In this document: positions 26,264 to 35,317 of the stretch, piece after piece
Layout of the letters: the number at the start of each line of letters is the position of its first letter
Numbering within the stretch: position 1 is the first letter of the stretch
Source of the DNA: a virus
Taxonomy: Duplodnaviria; Caudoviricetes
Virus record (IMG/VR): IMGVR_UViG_3300036045_000012
Coordinates: 1 to 56,277 of that record
Direction: 5' to 3' (one strand)
DNA length: 56,277 nt
Notes under the pieces: generated by a model
Seen by the model: the letters and a program-made list of their open reading frames with translations, nothing else
Databases searched by the model: none
What the model was told of the DNA's origin: nothing
Made by a program: the position numbers and the translations under genes

Positions 26264-26761
26264 TCAGCGATTGCAGGCGGCGGGGTCGAGATTTTCGGGA
26301 AGACGCTGGTCGCGGAACCACGATGAGGTAAGCATTTCCGCCGAGGCGTTGTAGCGCTCCGCCAGGTCGATGCAGACCGAGCGCATGGCGAGGATGTTCT
26401 GCGCGAGCATGCGCTTGTGCGCCGGGTCGGTCTCGGCTTCCGCCGTGGCCGACCAGTTCTTGATGTCGGCAAGCCGCGCCCGGTAGCGCTGGTTGAAGCC
26501 GTAGAACTGCTTGTAGGAGGTGAGCACGTTCTCGGTCTTCACGACCTCATTGACCACGCGTCCCGGCGTGGAGGCGACGTTGCCCGCCGTACCGATGGCG
26601 CCGGTCAGCAAGCCAACGCCACAACTGACCATGGACAACGCCAACACGCCGCCCGCGAGCCAGCGGCCCCAGCGCCAGCCTTCATGCGATGCTTCCTCGC
26701 GAAGCCTGCGCATGTCTCGTCTGTCGCGATCACGCCGCACGAGATAATCGTCGTCTGACAT
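26264..26761 (-). CDS. Single-TM protein with helical periplasmic domain
   Basis: TM then YKQFY..LAERYNA; directly upstream of lipoprotein. Confidence 0.75.
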   Translation of the reverse strand: MSDDDYLVRRDRDRRDMRRLREEASHEGWRWGRWLAGGVLALSMVSCGVGLLTGAIGTAGNVASTPGRVVNEVVKTENVLTSYKQFYGFNQRYRARLADIKNWSATAEAETDPAHKRMLAQNILAMRSVCIDLAERYNASAEMLTSSWFRDQRLPENLDPAACNR

Positions 26762-26775
26762 TCACTTCACTCCTT

Positions 26776-26997
26776 CTATTTCAGAGAGCGGGCGCGTTTC
26801 AGCGCCGTGCGGATGCGCGCTACATCCTGCGCGCCGGCCTCCGTGAACAGCGCCGCCGGACCGTCTCGCCCTGGGTTGCGCGCGTCGTCGAGCAGGAAAA
26901 GCGCCAGCGCCAGCGCTTCGGCCGTGTCCATCTCCGGCGCATCCGGCGGATTTCTCCGACCGCCGATGCCGAGTTCGGTGAGGGGGGGCTTGGTCAT
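26776..26997 (-). CDS. Hypothetical protein
   Basis: ATGA coupling in operon. Confidence 0.5.
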   Translation of the reverse strand: MTKPPLTELGIGGRRNPPDAPEMDTAEALALALFLLDDARNPGRDGPAALFTEAGAQDVARIRTALKRARSLK

Positions 26998-27347
26998 GGC
27001 TTGGCTCCGAGAATCTCTTCACGGGTCTTGGGCTTGCGAAATCCGGCCCCGCGGAGGAGGGGAGGCCAGCCTTCGGCCTTGCGCTCCTTGCGGCGCGACC
27101 ATTGCGAGCGGGTCTCGCCAGAGAGGCGTTTCGCCCGCGCGATCTCGCGCTTGTCCCGGCGGGTCTTTTGCTTGTGGTGCTTCACGCACATGATCTGGTC
27201 GGGCTTTCCGGAGACGAAGGCGACCGGCGTGGAGTGTTCCGCCTCGAACGGCCCGTCGCTTGTGCAGCCTTTCACGCAGCACCGCTCGCCCTGGGCCTCG
27301 AACATCTCGCGCCATTCGCGATCGGTGAGGTAGCCGCGCGCGCTCAT
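26994..27347 (-). CDS. HNH-like protein
   Basis: QGERCCVKGC..EAEH..P..MCVKHHKQKT. Confidence 0.7.
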   Translation of the reverse strand: MSARGYLTDREWREMFEAQGERCCVKGCTSDGPFEAEHSTPVAFVSGKPDQIMCVKHHKQKTRRDKREIARAKRLSGETRSQWSRRKERKAEGWPPLLRGAGFRKPKTREEILGAKP

Positions 27348-27688
27348 GCCTTGCTCCTGTCCCCGCCGGCGCGGTCTTCGTCGTTGGTCGGGTGAAAGTT
27401 GCTGACGGCGGCAAGCGGACCATCCGCGCGCACGCGTCTGGCCGGCGCGATCACGGCCTGCTTCGGCTTCTTCGGCGCAAGCGTGCTTGCGGCGGCCTCG
27501 ATGCGCTCGGCCTCCTTCACGCGCGCCACGGCGCGCTTGTCGTGAACGTCGGCCCGGCGCATGTGCAGCTCGACGCGGCCCCGGTGGAAGCCGACGAAAA
27601 GCCGATGCCAGGCTGCAGCGATCCAGCCGAGCACGCCGATGGCGGTGGAGAGAACTTTCACGTTGCGCTCTCCCGGCTGTCTTTGCAT
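27344..27688 (-). CDS. Hypothetical protein
   Basis: Operon position, hydrophobic N-terminus. Confidence 0.5.
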   Translation of the reverse strand: MQRQPGERNVKVLSTAIGVLGWIAAAWHRLFVGFHRGRVELHMRRADVHDKRAVARVKEAERIEAAASTLAPKKPKQAVIAPARRVRADGPLAAVSNFHPTNDEDRAGGDRSKA

Positions 27689-27978
27689 CGGGGATCGCCC
27701 CGATGCGTGCGGCGCTGCATGATGGGGTCGAAGCCCTCGCAGGCGTCGATCGCGAGCGGGTCGAACGAGGTCGGGAAGTCGAAGCCGCGAAGGCTCGCGA
27801 GGACGTTGAGCTTCAGCGCGAGCGGGCCGGCCGCATCCTCGCCGGCGAGCCGCGAGCCCAGCGCGTGCGATTCCGCGTCACCGCCAGGATGCAGACAGCG
27901 CGTGCGATCATCGCCAGCGTTCCCGCCGTACCGGCATTGTGTGCAGCCGTAGCATTTGGAAGAGGCGAAGGTGGTCAC
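27658..27978 (-). CDS. Cys-rich hypothetical protein
   Basis: CYGCTQC..C.HP..GFDFP..FDP..C.GF; GTGA overlap. Confidence 0.6.
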   Translation of the reverse strand: MTTFASSKCYGCTQCRYGGNAGDDRTRCLHPGGDAESHALGSRLAGEDAAGPLALKLNVLASLRGFDFPTSFDPLAIDACEGFDPIMQRRTHRGDPRCKDSRESAT

Positions 27979-28193
27979 GGCAGAACTACCGGCATTTCCG
28001 GCAGCGCGTTGAACGCCGCAAGTAAGCCGTTGATGCGTTCGCGACGCACGTTCTGACGGCGGTTCTCCTCGAACCAGTCGCCGTCGAGGCCGGAAAAGCC
28101 TTCGAGGTTCTTGCGTCGACGCGCGCGCTCTCGCCTCTTGCGCTCGTCGGTCAGGTCGAACAGTTGCGCCATGCCATCGGTCAAAAATTCCAT
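27975..28193 (-). CDS. Hypothetical protein
   Basis: Purine-rich RBS, operon position. Confidence 0.55.
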   Translation of the reverse strand: MEFLTDGMAQLFDLTDERKRRERARRRKNLEGFSGLDGDWFEENRRQNVRRERINGLLAAFNALPEMPVVLP

Positions 28194-28311
28194 CAGCCTT
28201 TCCCTTCCAAAATCCGCCGGAAACGAAGCGCATCAGCCCGCCCGCGCTCCGCTTCCGGCTACCGCCTCTCCAAGGCTATGGGTGGGGGACGCAATGGAGA
28301 GGCGGGTGCTG

Positions 28312-28944
28312 TTAGTCGGCGATCCTGTCGTCGCCGTATTGAGCGGAGAGCAAAAGCATCCGCGCTTCGATCTCGGCGAGAAATTGCGTCACGTCGCGCT
28401 CAAGACTTGCAATCAGTTCCGCGTCGCGATGAATGCGGGTGCAGAAAAAACGCAGATGTTCCGGCAGGCGCGGATCGAACGAGACGAAGTCGCACCATTC
28501 GCGATCGGTGCAGGCCATCTGCCACTGCATCTGCGTCACATATTTCGCGTCTGGTTTGCACCCGAGAAGGGTGTCCAGGTGGGTCGCCGTGTTCGGGCAC
28601 TTGATCTCGACGAGGCCGTCCTCTCCGACAAAACCATCGGGAGAGGCGCCTGCGCAGGCGATGGAGGGGTGAGGCACAAACGGCGCGAGATCGACAGTCA
28701 CGTCATGCCGCAACTCGTAGGCGGCGCGCGCGTGTGGCTCGGTGTCGGCGCCCCACTGCATCGCTGCGTTGGAGAAGCGCTCAGTGGGCGCACCTGTCAG
28801 GCGCTCCACGAGAAGCTCGGCCGCGTAGTTGGCGCGGGACGCGCCCCACCCGGTCTTCGTTTTCGCGATCACGTCCGCAATGCGCGAGGCCGTGGCGCAG
28901 CCCAGCCGGGCTTGATGCCATTCCGGCGTGCCTTGAAGCATCAT
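28312..28944 (-). CDS. YqaJ / lambda-exonuclease
   Basis: QGTPEWHQARLG..TAS, AMQWG..E, GASPDG, VEIKCP, QMQWQM, WCDFVSFDPR. Confidence 0.93.
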   Translation of the reverse strand: MMLQGTPEWHQARLGCATASRIADVIAKTKTGWGASRANYAAELLVERLTGAPTERFSNAAMQWGADTEPHARAAYELRHDVTVDLAPFVPHPSIACAGASPDGFVGEDGLVEIKCPNTATHLDTLLGCKPDAKYVTQMQWQMACTDREWCDFVSFDPRLPEHLRFFCTRIHRDAELIASLERDVTQFLAEIEARMLLLSAQYGDDRIAD

Positions 28945-29720
28945 GCGCCACCGCCAGACTTGGCGCGGCGGGTCCTCGCCACTTCGTCGAGCGACGCCAT
29001 CGCGTTCTTGAAGTCCTTCGCGCGGAGGTCCGGCACGGCCTCGATTCTCCAGTACCGGCAGAAGCGCTCGATGTCGGCGCCCGTGTCGTCGATCTTGGCC
29101 CGCAGCGCGGCGAACTGCTCGTCGGTGATCGCTTCGCTCCCGCCAGCCGCTTGCCCGTCGTCGTCGCTTTCCGCAGCAAGGCCGAGCGCCGCCTTCAGCG
29201 TGTAGCGCTGCAGGTAGGTGACGGTCGATCCGATCGCCTGAATGCTGTTCTTGTTGCCGCTGTTGTCGGGCGGGCCGGGAAGAGTGTTCTCCTCGCTATA
29301 TCCGAGCCGGTGCGAGATGATGCACGTTACGCTCACCGGATGGTTAGGCTCGTAGTGGGTGCGGAATCGGTACGACAGGCCGTGATTGGAGAGGATCGGC
29401 GTCACGACGCGCGCGATTTCCGCCATGTCTTCGTGCGCATAGTCCGTGCGCGCGCCGCCGTTCTTCGAGTCGAAGCCGACGCGGCGGTTTTTCTTGATGA
29501 TCGGGATTTCCGCCTTCGCCGCCGCAAGCGCCTCATCGAAGGCCTTCCGCGCCATTGATTTCTCATGCCGCTCCTGAAGGTCCATGAGCTTTTCAAGGAC
29601 GGTCAGGTCCGCGCCGCGCTCCAGCGCGCGCGCGAGCATTTCCATCGGCGTCGCCGCGATGGGCGCCGGGGCAGGGGCATCCGCCGCCGGCGCGACGATT
29701 TCTTGGCCTGTGTCGCCCAT
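28941..29720 (-). CDS. erf: ERF-family single-strand annealing protein
   Basis: PILSNHGLS..ISHRLGYSEE..QAIGSTVTYLQRYTLKAALGLA..DDDG. Confidence 0.92.
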   Translation of the reverse strand: MGDTGQEIVAPAADAPAPAPIAATPMEMLARALERGADLTVLEKLMDLQERHEKSMARKAFDEALAAAKAEIPIIKKNRRVGFDSKNGGARTDYAHEDMAEIARVVTPILSNHGLSYRFRTHYEPNHPVSVTCIISHRLGYSEENTLPGPPDNSGNKNSIQAIGSTVTYLQRYTLKAALGLAAESDDDGQAAGGSEAITDEQFAALRAKIDDTGADIERFCRYWRIEAVPDLRAKDFKNAMASLDEVARTRRAKSGGGA

Positions 29721-29935
29721 CACCGCTTCCCCCATTCCTTCGGATACCCGTCCACCATGTCGGAGCGGACGTCATGACGAGAGGTCCGCATCTGCGGGAC
29801 ATAGACCTCGCGGGGGAGAGTGACGGCGACGGAAAAGCCTTTCTCGGCCCAGTAGGCCTCGATCCGCTCCTTGAGCTTGCGCGCGCCCTCGGCGTCGCAA
29901 AGCTCCGGCGGCTCCGCAGGATAGAGGCGCCCCAT
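29720..29935 (-). CDS. Small conserved hypothetical protein
   Basis: EGARKLKERIEAYWAEKG..VRSDMVDGYP. Confidence 0.7.
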   Translation of the reverse strand: MGRLYPAEPPELCDAEGARKLKERIEAYWAEKGFSVAVTLPREVYVPQMRTSRHDVRSDMVDGYPKEWGKR

Positions 29936-30243
29936 CAGTCCCTCTCCCTCAAGAGCCGCCCGGTCCTTTCGTCGAGCATGTCGATCAGCGTGTCTTCCAC
30001 CATCTCGGCGGCGCGGGTTTCCGCTTCCGCGCGGGTGAGCTGGCGGCCGGATGCCGTGGTGAGATCCAGCCGTCCGACGCCGGCCAGCCATTGCGCGTGA
30101 GCGCGGACCATGGCGAGGATCGCGTTTTGTCGGCTGACGGCCTCGCGAAGCTCTTCGGCCTGCGCCTGCGCGTAGCAGCCGTCGAACCGCGTCTTGTCCT
30201 TGAAGTCCTCAAGCCGCTCACGGGTGAGATAGGGGTCGGGCAT
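29935..30243 (-). CDS. Hypothetical protein
   Basis: TGATG coupling at both ends. Confidence 0.6.
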   Translation of the reverse strand: MPDPYLTRERLEDFKDKTRFDGCYAQAQAEELREAVSRQNAILAMVRAHAQWLAGVGRLDLTTASGRQLTRAEAETRAAEMVEDTLIDMLDERTGRLLRERD

Positions 30244-30515
30244 CAGGGGGCCTCCACGGGGAAGGCGCCGAGGTATTCGATGTGCGCGGCGCGAGGGCTA
30301 CCGCAATTGAAGCACCCCGCGAGAAATTCCTGCGCGACGGTTTCAGCGATATCCTTTGACAGAAACACCGTGTTCCCGTCGAAGATTTCACCCGGCGCGC
30401 GCCGTGGCTCGGAGCCCATGCGATATCCGAGCGCGCCGTTGCGATACCGGTTCCTCCACCTTCCCGGCGGCTTCGTGATCGGCTTTTCGCGGTGGAGCTT
30501 TTCGAGATCGGACAT
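30243..30515 (-). CDS. Hypothetical protein
   Basis: TGATG coupling at both ends. Confidence 0.55.
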   Translation of the reverse strand: MSDLEKLHREKPITKPPGRWRNRYRNGALGYRMGSEPRRAPGEIFDGNTVFLSKDIAETVAQEFLAGCFNCGSPRAAHIEYLGAFPVEAP

Positions 30516-30763
30516 CAGCCTTGCTCCCGCAGCGCATCCGCCCATTCCGTCAGTTCTTCCGCGACGATGTAGGTGTCATAGCGGTTGACGGTGGCGATGA
30601 GGCGGGCGCGGTCCTGGGGCTCCGCGCGGGTGAGAAGCGCCGCGAAGAGTTCGTCGAAGCGCGTCGCCGCTTGCGCCGCCCGCGCGAGATCGTCGGCGAA
30701 CAGGGACCGCGCAAGCGCCCGGCGTTCTTCGCGTTCCGCAGCCGCATCGTAATGGTCGGTCAT
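30515..30763 (-). CDS. Hypothetical protein
   Basis: GAGG RBS, ATGA coupling. Confidence 0.6.
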   Translation of the reverse strand: MTDHYDAAAEREERRALARSLFADDLARAAQAATRFDELFAALLTRAEPQDRARLIATVNRYDTYIVAEELTEWADALREQG

Positions 30764-30897
30764 GCGAATTCCTCCTCGTCTTCTTCCGCGGGGAGTTCGT
30801 CGCCCGGTGTGTCCGGGAGGTCCTCGTCGAGGTCCGGTTGCGGGAGGCTCGCGACGATGCGCGCGGCGATCGCGCCGAAGGGCTGGAAGCCGGTCAT
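30760..30897 (-). CDS. 45-aa acidic peptide
   Basis: MTGFQPFGAIAARIVASL + acidic tail; ATGA overlaps at both ends. Confidence 0.5.
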   Translation of the reverse strand: MTGFQPFGAIAARIVASLPQPDLDEDLPDTPGDELPAEEDEEEFA

Positions 30898-31157
30898 TGG
30901 TCGGCGATCCGCGCTTCGATCACCGCGGAGATGATCGAGAGCCGGTCAGCGATCGCGCGGAGTTCGGCGACCTCCTCGGCAGTGATGACGAGCCCCGAAA
31001 AGGGCAGGTGATCTGTAAGCGTGTGGCGCAGCGAGCTTTCGGCAAGCTCAAAGCCCGCGAACGCCGCGTCGGCCTTGGCTTCATCGACCCGGCGACCGCG
31101 CAGCGGGCGGCTGACCGCCCCGGCCTCAACCAGTTTCAGATACGCAGGGCTGGACAC
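30894..31157 (-). CDS. First gene of early-left operon, hypothetical
   Basis: GGAGAG RBS, GTG start downstream of PL. Confidence 0.55.
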   Translation of the reverse strand: MSSPAYLKLVEAGAVSRPLRGRRVDEAKADAAFAGFELAESSLRHTLTDHLPFSGLVITAEEVAELRAIADRLSIISAVIEARIADQ

Positions 31158-31205
31158 TGTCGTCTCTCCCGGTCCCGGCGAGTGATTCGCCTGTCGTGGA
31201 GAGAG

Positions 31206-31247
31206 CAATACGCTTGGTATCGCTTCAAGTCAATACAAATTGTATCG
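31206..31247 (-). promoter_or_regulatory. PL promoter with two operators (OL)
   Basis: CAATAC-N5-GTATCG at 31206-22 and 31231-47; TTGACT-17-TATTGC on minus strand. Confidence 0.8.
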
Positions 31248-31286
31248 CTTTTTTGCGCGGGCTATCCACATTGTGAGTAAGGGGGC

Positions 31287-31610
31287 CTAGCCCTTGTCGC
31301 CCTTGGCGCGGAAGGTTCTCATCACTTCCAGGGCGTGCGGTCGGTCGCGTTCCGGGATGTGGTCGAAGATGTCTATGATGTCGGCGCCCTTGTCGCCTGG
31401 GCCGCGACCGCGCCCGAGAATGATCCAATCGGTGCTTACTGCATACGCTTTCGAGTAGAGGGCGATCTGGCGTGCGCTCGGCGGGCGGGTGCCATTCTCG
31501 TGGTGGCGAATCGCGCCCACGGTGATCTCTAGGCGCTCAGCCATGGTCGCCACGCTCAGGCCCTTGGCCTTCCGCGCCGCGCGCAATCGATGCCCGATCT
31601 CCTCCGCCAT
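31287..31610 (-). CDS. cI: CI-like XRE repressor without peptidase domain
   Basis: IGHRLRAARKAKGLS..MAERLEIT..HENGTR..VSTDWIILG; 107 aa. Confidence 0.85.
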   Translation of the reverse strand: MAEEIGHRLRAARKAKGLSVATMAERLEITVGAIRHHENGTRPPSARQIALYSKAYAVSTDWIILGRGRGPGDKGADIIDIFDHIPERDRPHALEVMRTFRAKGDKG

Positions 31611-31675
31611 AGATACATGGCGTATCATCCGGCGAGGCACAGTGGGTATTGCCCTTTTCGATACTCGTGGTATCG
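31611..31675. promoter_or_regulatory. OR region: three operators at 24-bp spacing
   Basis: AGATAC-N5-GTATCA (31611), AGGCAC-N5-GTATTG (31635), CGATAC-N5-GTATCG (31659). Confidence 0.8.
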
Positions 31676-31685
31676 TACCCAGCAA

Positions 31686-31958
31686 ATGACTACGATTCTG
31701 TCAACGCCGAAGGACTTCCGAGAGGTCATCGACCTCTGGGGAAAGCGCAGCGCTTTGGGCCGGGAAATTCGGGCCCCGCGCGGCACTGTTCAGCAGTGGC
31801 ACACACGCAACTCCATCCCGCCGATCTGGATTCCGAAAGTGGCTGCGGCCGCAAAAATTCGCGGCTTACCCGTGCGCGAAGACGATCTGTGGATTCTGGC
31901 AAACCAGGTGCACGGGCATACAGACAGTTCTAGCGATAGTGAGAGCGCTGACAGATGA
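31686..31958 (+). CDS. cro: Cro-like repressor
   Basis: FREVIDLWG..ALGREI..TVQQWHTRNSIP; divergent from cI. Confidence 0.8.
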   Translation: MTTILSTPKDFREVIDLWGKRSALGREIRAPRGTVQQWHTRNSIPPIWIPKVAAAAKIRGLPVREDDLWILANQVHGHTDSSSDSESADR

Positions 31959-31960
31959 CG

Positions 31961-32170
31961 TTACATCCTCCGCTTCTCCGGAAACGGCACCACGGCCGCA
32001 TAGGTGGTGAGCGCCTTCAGCGCGCGGCTCACCGTTTTTCCCGAGAGTTCCAGCGGCACCGCATATTTCCGGATCTTGCCGCCGGCGGTGATGGTGAGAC
32101 GAAGAAGACCGCCGCGGACCACGACCTCTTCAACGGTCTCGACAAGTCGGTAGCCTGTGTCGTGCTTCAT
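31961..32170 (-). CDS. Small hypothetical protein antisense to early-right operon
   Basis: GAGG RBS; protein-like composition. Confidence 0.4.
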   Translation of the reverse strand: MKHDTGYRLVETVEEVVVRGGLLRLTITAGGKIRKYAVPLELSGKTVSRALKALTTYAAVVPFPEKRRM

Positions 32171-32382
32171 TACGCGCACCTCTCTGCGTCCCGTACGGAG
32201 ACAGTAGGCGCCCCACGATGGGCGCATCAAGGCGCAAGGTTGCGCCGCCGCGAGTATTACAGAAACGTGATGACCGACACCTCGTAGCCGCACGGCGCAC
32301 GTCCGCCCGACGACAAGGCGAACGGGGCCGCGTCGGGGTTTCTCCAAGGGGCAAATCGGGCTGATGGAATGGAGGCGCGGGG

Positions 32383-32955
32383 ATGCGCTCTACGAACTTT
32401 CGCGTGCTTGAGGCCGCAGACATTGCGGCGTTGCCGGAAGGCATGCGGCTGGCGCTGGAGGCGTTCGCGCTCGGCGCAGCGCCGGAGCCGCTGCGAGACA
32501 GCGCGGTGGTCATCGCGTTCAGTCATGGCAACCAAAAGCCCGAAGTTTCCGAGGCCGTTCGTCTGGTCGCCGAAGAAGGGATGAGCCCGAAAGAGGCGGC
32601 GCAGAAAGCGGGGGTCCGGCCCAACACGCTTCACCAACGACTGCGCGGAATGCAGAGACGCGCCGCCATCCCGCCGGGGATCTACGACGCCGCCGCGCAT
32701 AGCGCGCGCCTCTCTGCCGCCAAGCGCAAGCCCGACTCGGATCGGGCCGTGGCGAAACCCCCTGTGAAGCCCGCGAAGGAAACGCCGCCGGCGCCGCGCG
32801 CCGCGCCCGAACCCGCGCCTTCCGTCGGCGATCTGACCTTCGCCCGCGATCTCATCGCCATGACGAAAATCCCCGATCGCAAGATCGCCCGCATGTGTCG
32901 CCTCACGGAAGCCGAAGTCACGGCCATGCGCGCAACCGTCGTGGCGCACTCATGA
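32383..32955 (+). CDS. HTH DNA-binding protein
   Basis: GMSPKEAAQKAGVRPNTLHQRL and a second C-terminal HTH; GGAGG RBS. Confidence 0.7.
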   Translation: MRSTNFRVLEAADIAALPEGMRLALEAFALGAAPEPLRDSAVVIAFSHGNQKPEVSEAVRLVAEEGMSPKEAAQKAGVRPNTLHQRLRGMQRRAAIPPGIYDAAAHSARLSAAKRKPDSDRAVAKPPVKPAKETPPAPRAAPEPAPSVGDLTFARDLIAMTKIPDRKIARMCRLTEAEVTAMRATVVAHS

Positions 32956-33155
32956 TGCGCCTCCTTTCCGGCCTTCTCTCCATCCTCGCCATGGCGGGGG
33001 TGGCGACCGCGTTCAAGGCGGCTGAACTCCTGTCCCGCAAGAACGCCACCGTCCTCGACGCCGCGACCTTCTTCGGCGCGGTGGTGATCGCCCTGCTTGT
33101 CGGCGCGCTCGTCTGGGAGGCGAGCCGCGTCTTCGCCCCGGAGAAACGCACATGA
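32952..33155 (+). CDS. Small two-TM protein
   Basis: Two hydrophobic helices; ATGA overlap. Confidence 0.55.
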   Translation: MMRLLSGLLSILAMAGVATAFKAAELLSRKNATVLDAATFFGAVVIALLVGALVWEASRVFAPEKRT

Positions 33156-33373
33156 TGGAAGCCCTCGCCGAAGACGAGCTGGAATGGGTTCGCGAGCGCT
33201 TCGCCGACGGCGAAAGCCTGCACGACATTCACGCCAGCCTCGTCGCAGATCATCCAGGACTGGCGCTCGTGACCGTCGCGAAAGCTGTCGGGAAGGCGGA
33301 GAAAAACGGCCGCATCCTGTCGTTTTCCCGCAAGCCCTGGGACCCTGCAAGGCACGGGAAGGGCGTCTCATGA
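33152..33373 (+). CDS. Hypothetical protein
   Basis: GGAG RBS; ATGA overlap. Confidence 0.55.
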   Translation: MMEALAEDELEWVRERFADGESLHDIHASLVADHPGLALVTVAKAVGKAEKNGRILSFSRKPWDPARHGKGVS

Positions 33374-33571
33374 AGCTCGCCCTGCGCGCCGCGATCTTTT
33401 CCCTCGGCGCCGTGACGGCGCTCATCCTCTGGCTGCTCTGGCCATGGTGAAAGCCTTCAAACCCAAGCGCGGCAAACGCCCCGCAGCCCGCGTCGCCGAT
33501 CGCGTCACAGGAAAAGAGGCGAGGGGCCTCGCAAGGAAAATCGCTGCGGCGATCAAGAAGGAGAAGAAGAC

Positions 33572-33913
33572 GTGACCGTCCACGAGTTTCCCAAAAAGCC
33601 GGACGAACCGCCGCCGCTACTCGTCGGCCCGTTCGAGGAGTATCGCGTAGTCATCGACGGACGACGAATCCCAAAGCTCACCGGGCGTAAAGACTCGGAT
33701 GGCCGCGTTCATCTCACCGTCGATCACCGCTTTGGCGCAGAATTTCCTAACGAGGAAACGGCACATCAAGCGGCGTGGCTGATCGCGCAAGCAATGGCTA
33801 TTGGCGCCGGATATCCGCACCTCGGAGCAGAAACGAAGGAGCAACCCTTCGCGCCGCTCTGCGTGCGTCTCAGCTCCGTCGAAACGGAAAGCCCGCAACC
33901 CTCTTCCACCTGA
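33572..33913 (+). CDS. Conserved hypothetical protein
   Basis: AAGGAG RBS; RVVIDGRRIP..AWLIAQAMAIGAGY. Confidence 0.7.
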   Translation: MTVHEFPKKPDEPPPLLVGPFEEYRVVIDGRRIPKLTGRKDSDGRVHLTVDHRFGAEFPNEETAHQAAWLIAQAMAIGAGYPHLGAETKEQPFAPLCVRLSSVETESPQPSST

Positions 33914-33982
33914 CCCCAAAACAAAAGCGCCGCCCGGTCTTCGACCCCCGGACGGCGCTCGAACTCACAAAGGAGAACGTAC

Positions 33983-34954
33983 TTGAACGCCACCCATATA
34001 CGCGCTTCGGCGCGCCCGCACAAGATGCGGGATTCAATCACAGGCGATCCACAGCAGGACGGTTCGGGAAAGCCGCGTTCCGAAGAGCGACCCTATCCTG
34101 ACGGGATGCAACAAGCCGAGTTCATCCGCGCCGCGACGATCCTGTTCGCGGCGATGCCCGATCGCCGCCTCTCCCATCTTGACCGCACGATCCTGGGATT
34201 GCTTCTCCGCACGGAGGGGCCGCCGCTGCGCCGTGCGGACATCGCCGAGATCGCCGACTGTCACCCGAACAGCGTTTCGCGGTCGGCGAAGAAGCTCGCC
34301 GATCTCGGCTATCTGGCGCGCGAAACCCGCCGCGAGGAAGGCAACCGGCCGACCCGCTACGCTCTCCCGGAGGTTACAACCCCTTGTAACCCGGAGGTTA
34401 CGAGCAACACCGGTGTTACAAGCCTTGTAACCGCTGAGATACGACCCAACCGGGAGGTCGTAACCGGCGACAGGGACACAATATCTAGTCGTAACCCGGA
34501 GGTTACAAGCCTTGTAACTTCGTCCCCCCACACCCCCCTTAATAATACAAACTCCAATCTTGGAGATTCATCCTCCACCACCGAGCTTGAATTGACAGGG
34601 GGTGTGGGGGACGGGCCGGATCGCGCGCCGCGCAAGAAGCGCGAAAACCGCAAGCGGGAAGCCGTCTACGTCGCGACCGAGGCGGGCTTTCCCGTCGAGC
34701 CCTCCGCGCTCTGGTGCGAGATGGCCGCCGCCGCCGGGATGATCAACGGGACCGTGACCCACGAATGGTCGCGCTACCGCAATTGGCATCTCGACCACGG
34801 CAAGTCCGTCATCTCGCCGCGCGTGTCGATCGGCAACTGGCTGACACGTTGGGCGCAGGGCGGCGCGCAGCAGCACCACGAGCTGAAGTCGCGCACGTTC
34901 ATCGACGCGCAAGGCCGCCGCTGCCGCAACGCGAAACACAACCCGATCTACTGA
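33983..34954 (+). CDS. Replication initiator (O-like)
   Basis: Winged HTH RADIAEIADCHPNSVSRSAKKLADLGYL; internal iterons; C-terminal YRNWH..NWL. Confidence 0.8.
   Translation: MNATHIRASARPHKMRDSITGDPQQDGSGKPRSEERPYPDGMQQAEFIRAATILFAAMPDRRLSHLDRTILGLLLRTEGPPLRRADIAEIADCHPNSVSRSAKKLADLGYLARETRREEGNRPTRYALPEVTTPCNPEVTSNTGVTSLVTAEIRPNREVVTGDRDTISSRNPEVTSLVTSSPHTPLNNTNSNLGDSSSTTELELTGGVGDGPDRAPRKKRENRKREAVYVATEAGFPVEPSALWCEMAAAAGMINGTVTHEWSRYRNWHLDHGKSVISPRVSIGNWLTRWAQGGAQQHHELKSRTFIDAQGRRCRNAKHNPIY
34366..34561. repeat. Iterons and AT-rich tract: putative replication origin
   Basis: GTTACAA-N3/4-TTGTAAC at 34373, 34415, 34502; GTAACCCGGAGGTTAC at 34386 and 34491; AT-rich 34538-61. Confidence 0.8.
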
Positions 34955-34963
34955 TGGGGCCCC

Positions 34964-35317
34964 ATGTCCACGCTCCGCGAACTGGGCATCTCGCCGCGCG
35001 GCTCCGGCCGCCGCTGGACGCAGACCTGCCCGCAGTGCTCGCACACCCGCAAGAAATCCACGGACCCGTGTCTCAGCGTGGTGAGCGGGCCTGCAACCCT
35101 CAGCGACGGGCAGGCGCTCGACGCGGGTTTCGCCGTCTATCGCTGCCATCACTGCGGCTGGCGGGGCATCGCCGATGACCGCGACGCCGATCAACGCGAA
35201 CGCGACCGGAAGTCTTTCGGCGCGCGCAAGGGACTGGCTCGCGGGAAGGGCGCTGGACGCGGACCTGTGCGAACAGCTCGGGATCGCAAGCCGCCCCGCT
35301 CGCGATGGGAAATCTGA
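34964..35317 (+). CDS. Primase zinc-binding domain as a separate ORF
   Basis: TCPQCSHTRKK..CLSV..YRCHHCGWRG. Confidence 0.8.
   Translation: MSTLRELGISPRGSGRRWTQTCPQCSHTRKKSTDPCLSVVSGPATLSDGQALDAGFAVYRCHHCGWRGIADDRDADQRERDRKSFGARKGLARGKGAGRGPVRTARDRKPPRSRWEI

Noticed and set aside
34366-34520. CRISPR-like array
   Set aside because: Short irregular palindromic repeats inside the initiator ORF fit iterons; no cas genes or regular spacers anywhere.
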